From: Octopus bimaculoides
Taxonomy: Eukaryota
Reading direction: 5' to 3'
DNA length: 41,901 bases
Assembly: GCF_001194135.2 (NCBI RefSeq)
Contig: NC_068990.1
Span: 93,542,364-93,584,264 of the forward strand
Position numbers and translations under genes: made by a program. This document shows positions 1-41,901 of this stretch, piece by piece. The notes beneath the pieces were generated by a model that was given only the letters and a program-made list of their open reading frames with translations, was not told the origin of the DNA and searched no databases. Each line of letters starts with the position of its first letter. The first letter of the stretch is position 1.

Positions 1-40283
<40,283 letters not shown>

Positions 40284-41099
40284 CGTTGATGCTTTTTTTT
40301 TTCTATTTTTTTTCTATTTTTCTTTCTTTGAATTCATAAAATAAAACAAAACTTTTAAGAAACAATTGAAATGTTTTGCCAGGATCAGTGATTCATCGAG
40401 CCGAATGTTTTCTTGGCATTCATAACAGTGTTAGCACTTTCCGTTTTAGGTTATGTAAGAATATATCTCGTTAAATGTGTGTGATAAACTCTCTCTCTTT
40501 TTCCCTCTGATTACATTACTAGAAAGCAAAAAACAGTGATTGCGGAACACAAAGCGTATAAATAGAACAGAACAGAAAAGAAAAAGAAAAACTATGTTAT
40601 CAAAGTCCAATTTAAATACGACTAAAGTTATCAGGGTGGATTTCCAGCACGAGTAAAAATGCTGTCAAAGAATATCAAAAGCTGAATAGTGAAAAATTCT
40701 TGAAATATGATCCGTATATGAACAACTGGAGTCGTATTGCCGTAGTTTAGAAATAGTTTGGTGCATGAATGACTAAAGATTAGATTTGAATGGTTTAAAT
40801 TTAAAATTTAGCAACACAAAATGCAAAGTTAGCACGTTCATATGTGGGAGGGACTTGGTTTTGTTCCGGAGAGGCCGACACAAGTTTCAATAGGAAATTT
40901 AATAGCTCAGACACACTGATTGGTTGTAAAGGCGTGTTTACCTCACCACCGGATAAAAAATTTCATACATTCTCTGAAAATTTCCATTAAAAACAAACTT
41001 GCAAATTTATTTTAAAAAAATATATTCGTAAATAATTTGGTTTTATGATACATGACGTAGTTAAGTCAGTCTTGTTCTTTAATACTGTTATGAAAGAAA

Positions 41100-41131
<32 letters not shown>

Positions 41132-41720
41132 GATGATGATGATGATAATGATGTTGTTCTTGTTTTTGTAAGTAGTAGTAGTAGTAGTGGTGGTGGTGGT
41201 GGTGGTGGTGGTAGATTTGTACTAAAAATTGATGGGCTGGGCTTAGAGAAAGTAATTCCATGCCACGACCTGTAACTAATGAGCTGAGGGGCAAGAAAGA
41301 AAGAAAGGCACAGAAAGTGGAAAACAGTGTCAAGCTGTGAGGGTTTGATGTAAAANNNNNNNNNNCAGAGAGTATGTTATACGGTTGATGTGTGTGTGGA
41401 GGTGTAGAGATATATGCAACATAACGCATGCGAGAGAAGAAAAAAAAACGCGTTTGCTAATTGTAAAATATTTGTAAAATAGCGAGCAAAAGTTGTGAAC
41501 ACGAAAGTAATAGAGCTATTTTTTGTTTGTTTGATTTGGTTACTGTTTTTTTTTTTTCCTGTTTTCATAAAGATGAACAAATCTTCCTCCTATATCATGA
41601 TATATGAGTGTAAGTGTATATGAGTATGTGTGAATGGATGTATAAATATATATACATACATGCATACATAGACGCATATATATATCATATATGTGTGTGT
41701 GTGTATCTAGCTATCTATCT

Positions 41721-41852
41721 TCCGGGTTCAGTCTCACTGCGTGGCACCTTGGGCAAGTGTCTTCTACTATAGCCTCGAGCCAACCAAAACCTTGTGAGTG
41801 GAATTGGTAGACGGAAACTGAAAGAAGCCCGTCGTATATATGTATATATGTA

Positions 41853-41901
<49 letters not shown>
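41721..41901 (+). mobile_element. SINE family A, partial, followed by (GT)n
   Basis: ccgggttcagtctcactgcgtggcaccttgggcaagtg..ggtagacggaaactgaaagaagcccgtc. Confidence 0.85.

Noticed and set aside
40284-41720. Promoter or TSS for the gene
   Set aside because: No well-placed core motif is identifiable on the minus strand, and upstream non-coding exons cannot be excluded.

Overview
Eukaryotic, AT-rich, microsatellite-dense genomic DNA with nine assembly gaps. It is most likely an octopus or other coleoid cephalopod, inferred only from SINE and repeat families I recognise. The window is almost wholly one minus-strand gene for a secreted HHIP-like (HHIPL1/HHIPL2-type) protein. I traced 8 coding exons with GT-AG boundaries and consistent phases: 40283-39330, 15603-15518, 10915-10737, 9445-9302, 8438-8309, 6259-6117, 2927-(into the N gap) and 2117-<1. 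They encode a signal peptide, a 12-Cys N-terminal domain, a GSDH-type beta-propeller and then a tail of at least 705 codons. The tail is Ser/Thr/Asp/Glu-rich, built from 10-aa repeats and larger in-frame duplications, runs off the window edge and is absent from the ORF track. The introns (intron 1 is about 23.7 kb) contain two tRNA-derived SINE families, R4/Dong-like, RTE-like and Tx1/L1-like LINE remnants, a Tc1/mariner transposase remnant, pogo-like MITEs, a Penelope-like remnant with a degenerate hammerhead motif, and many tandem repeats. No rRNA, true tRNA or CRISPR array is supportable.
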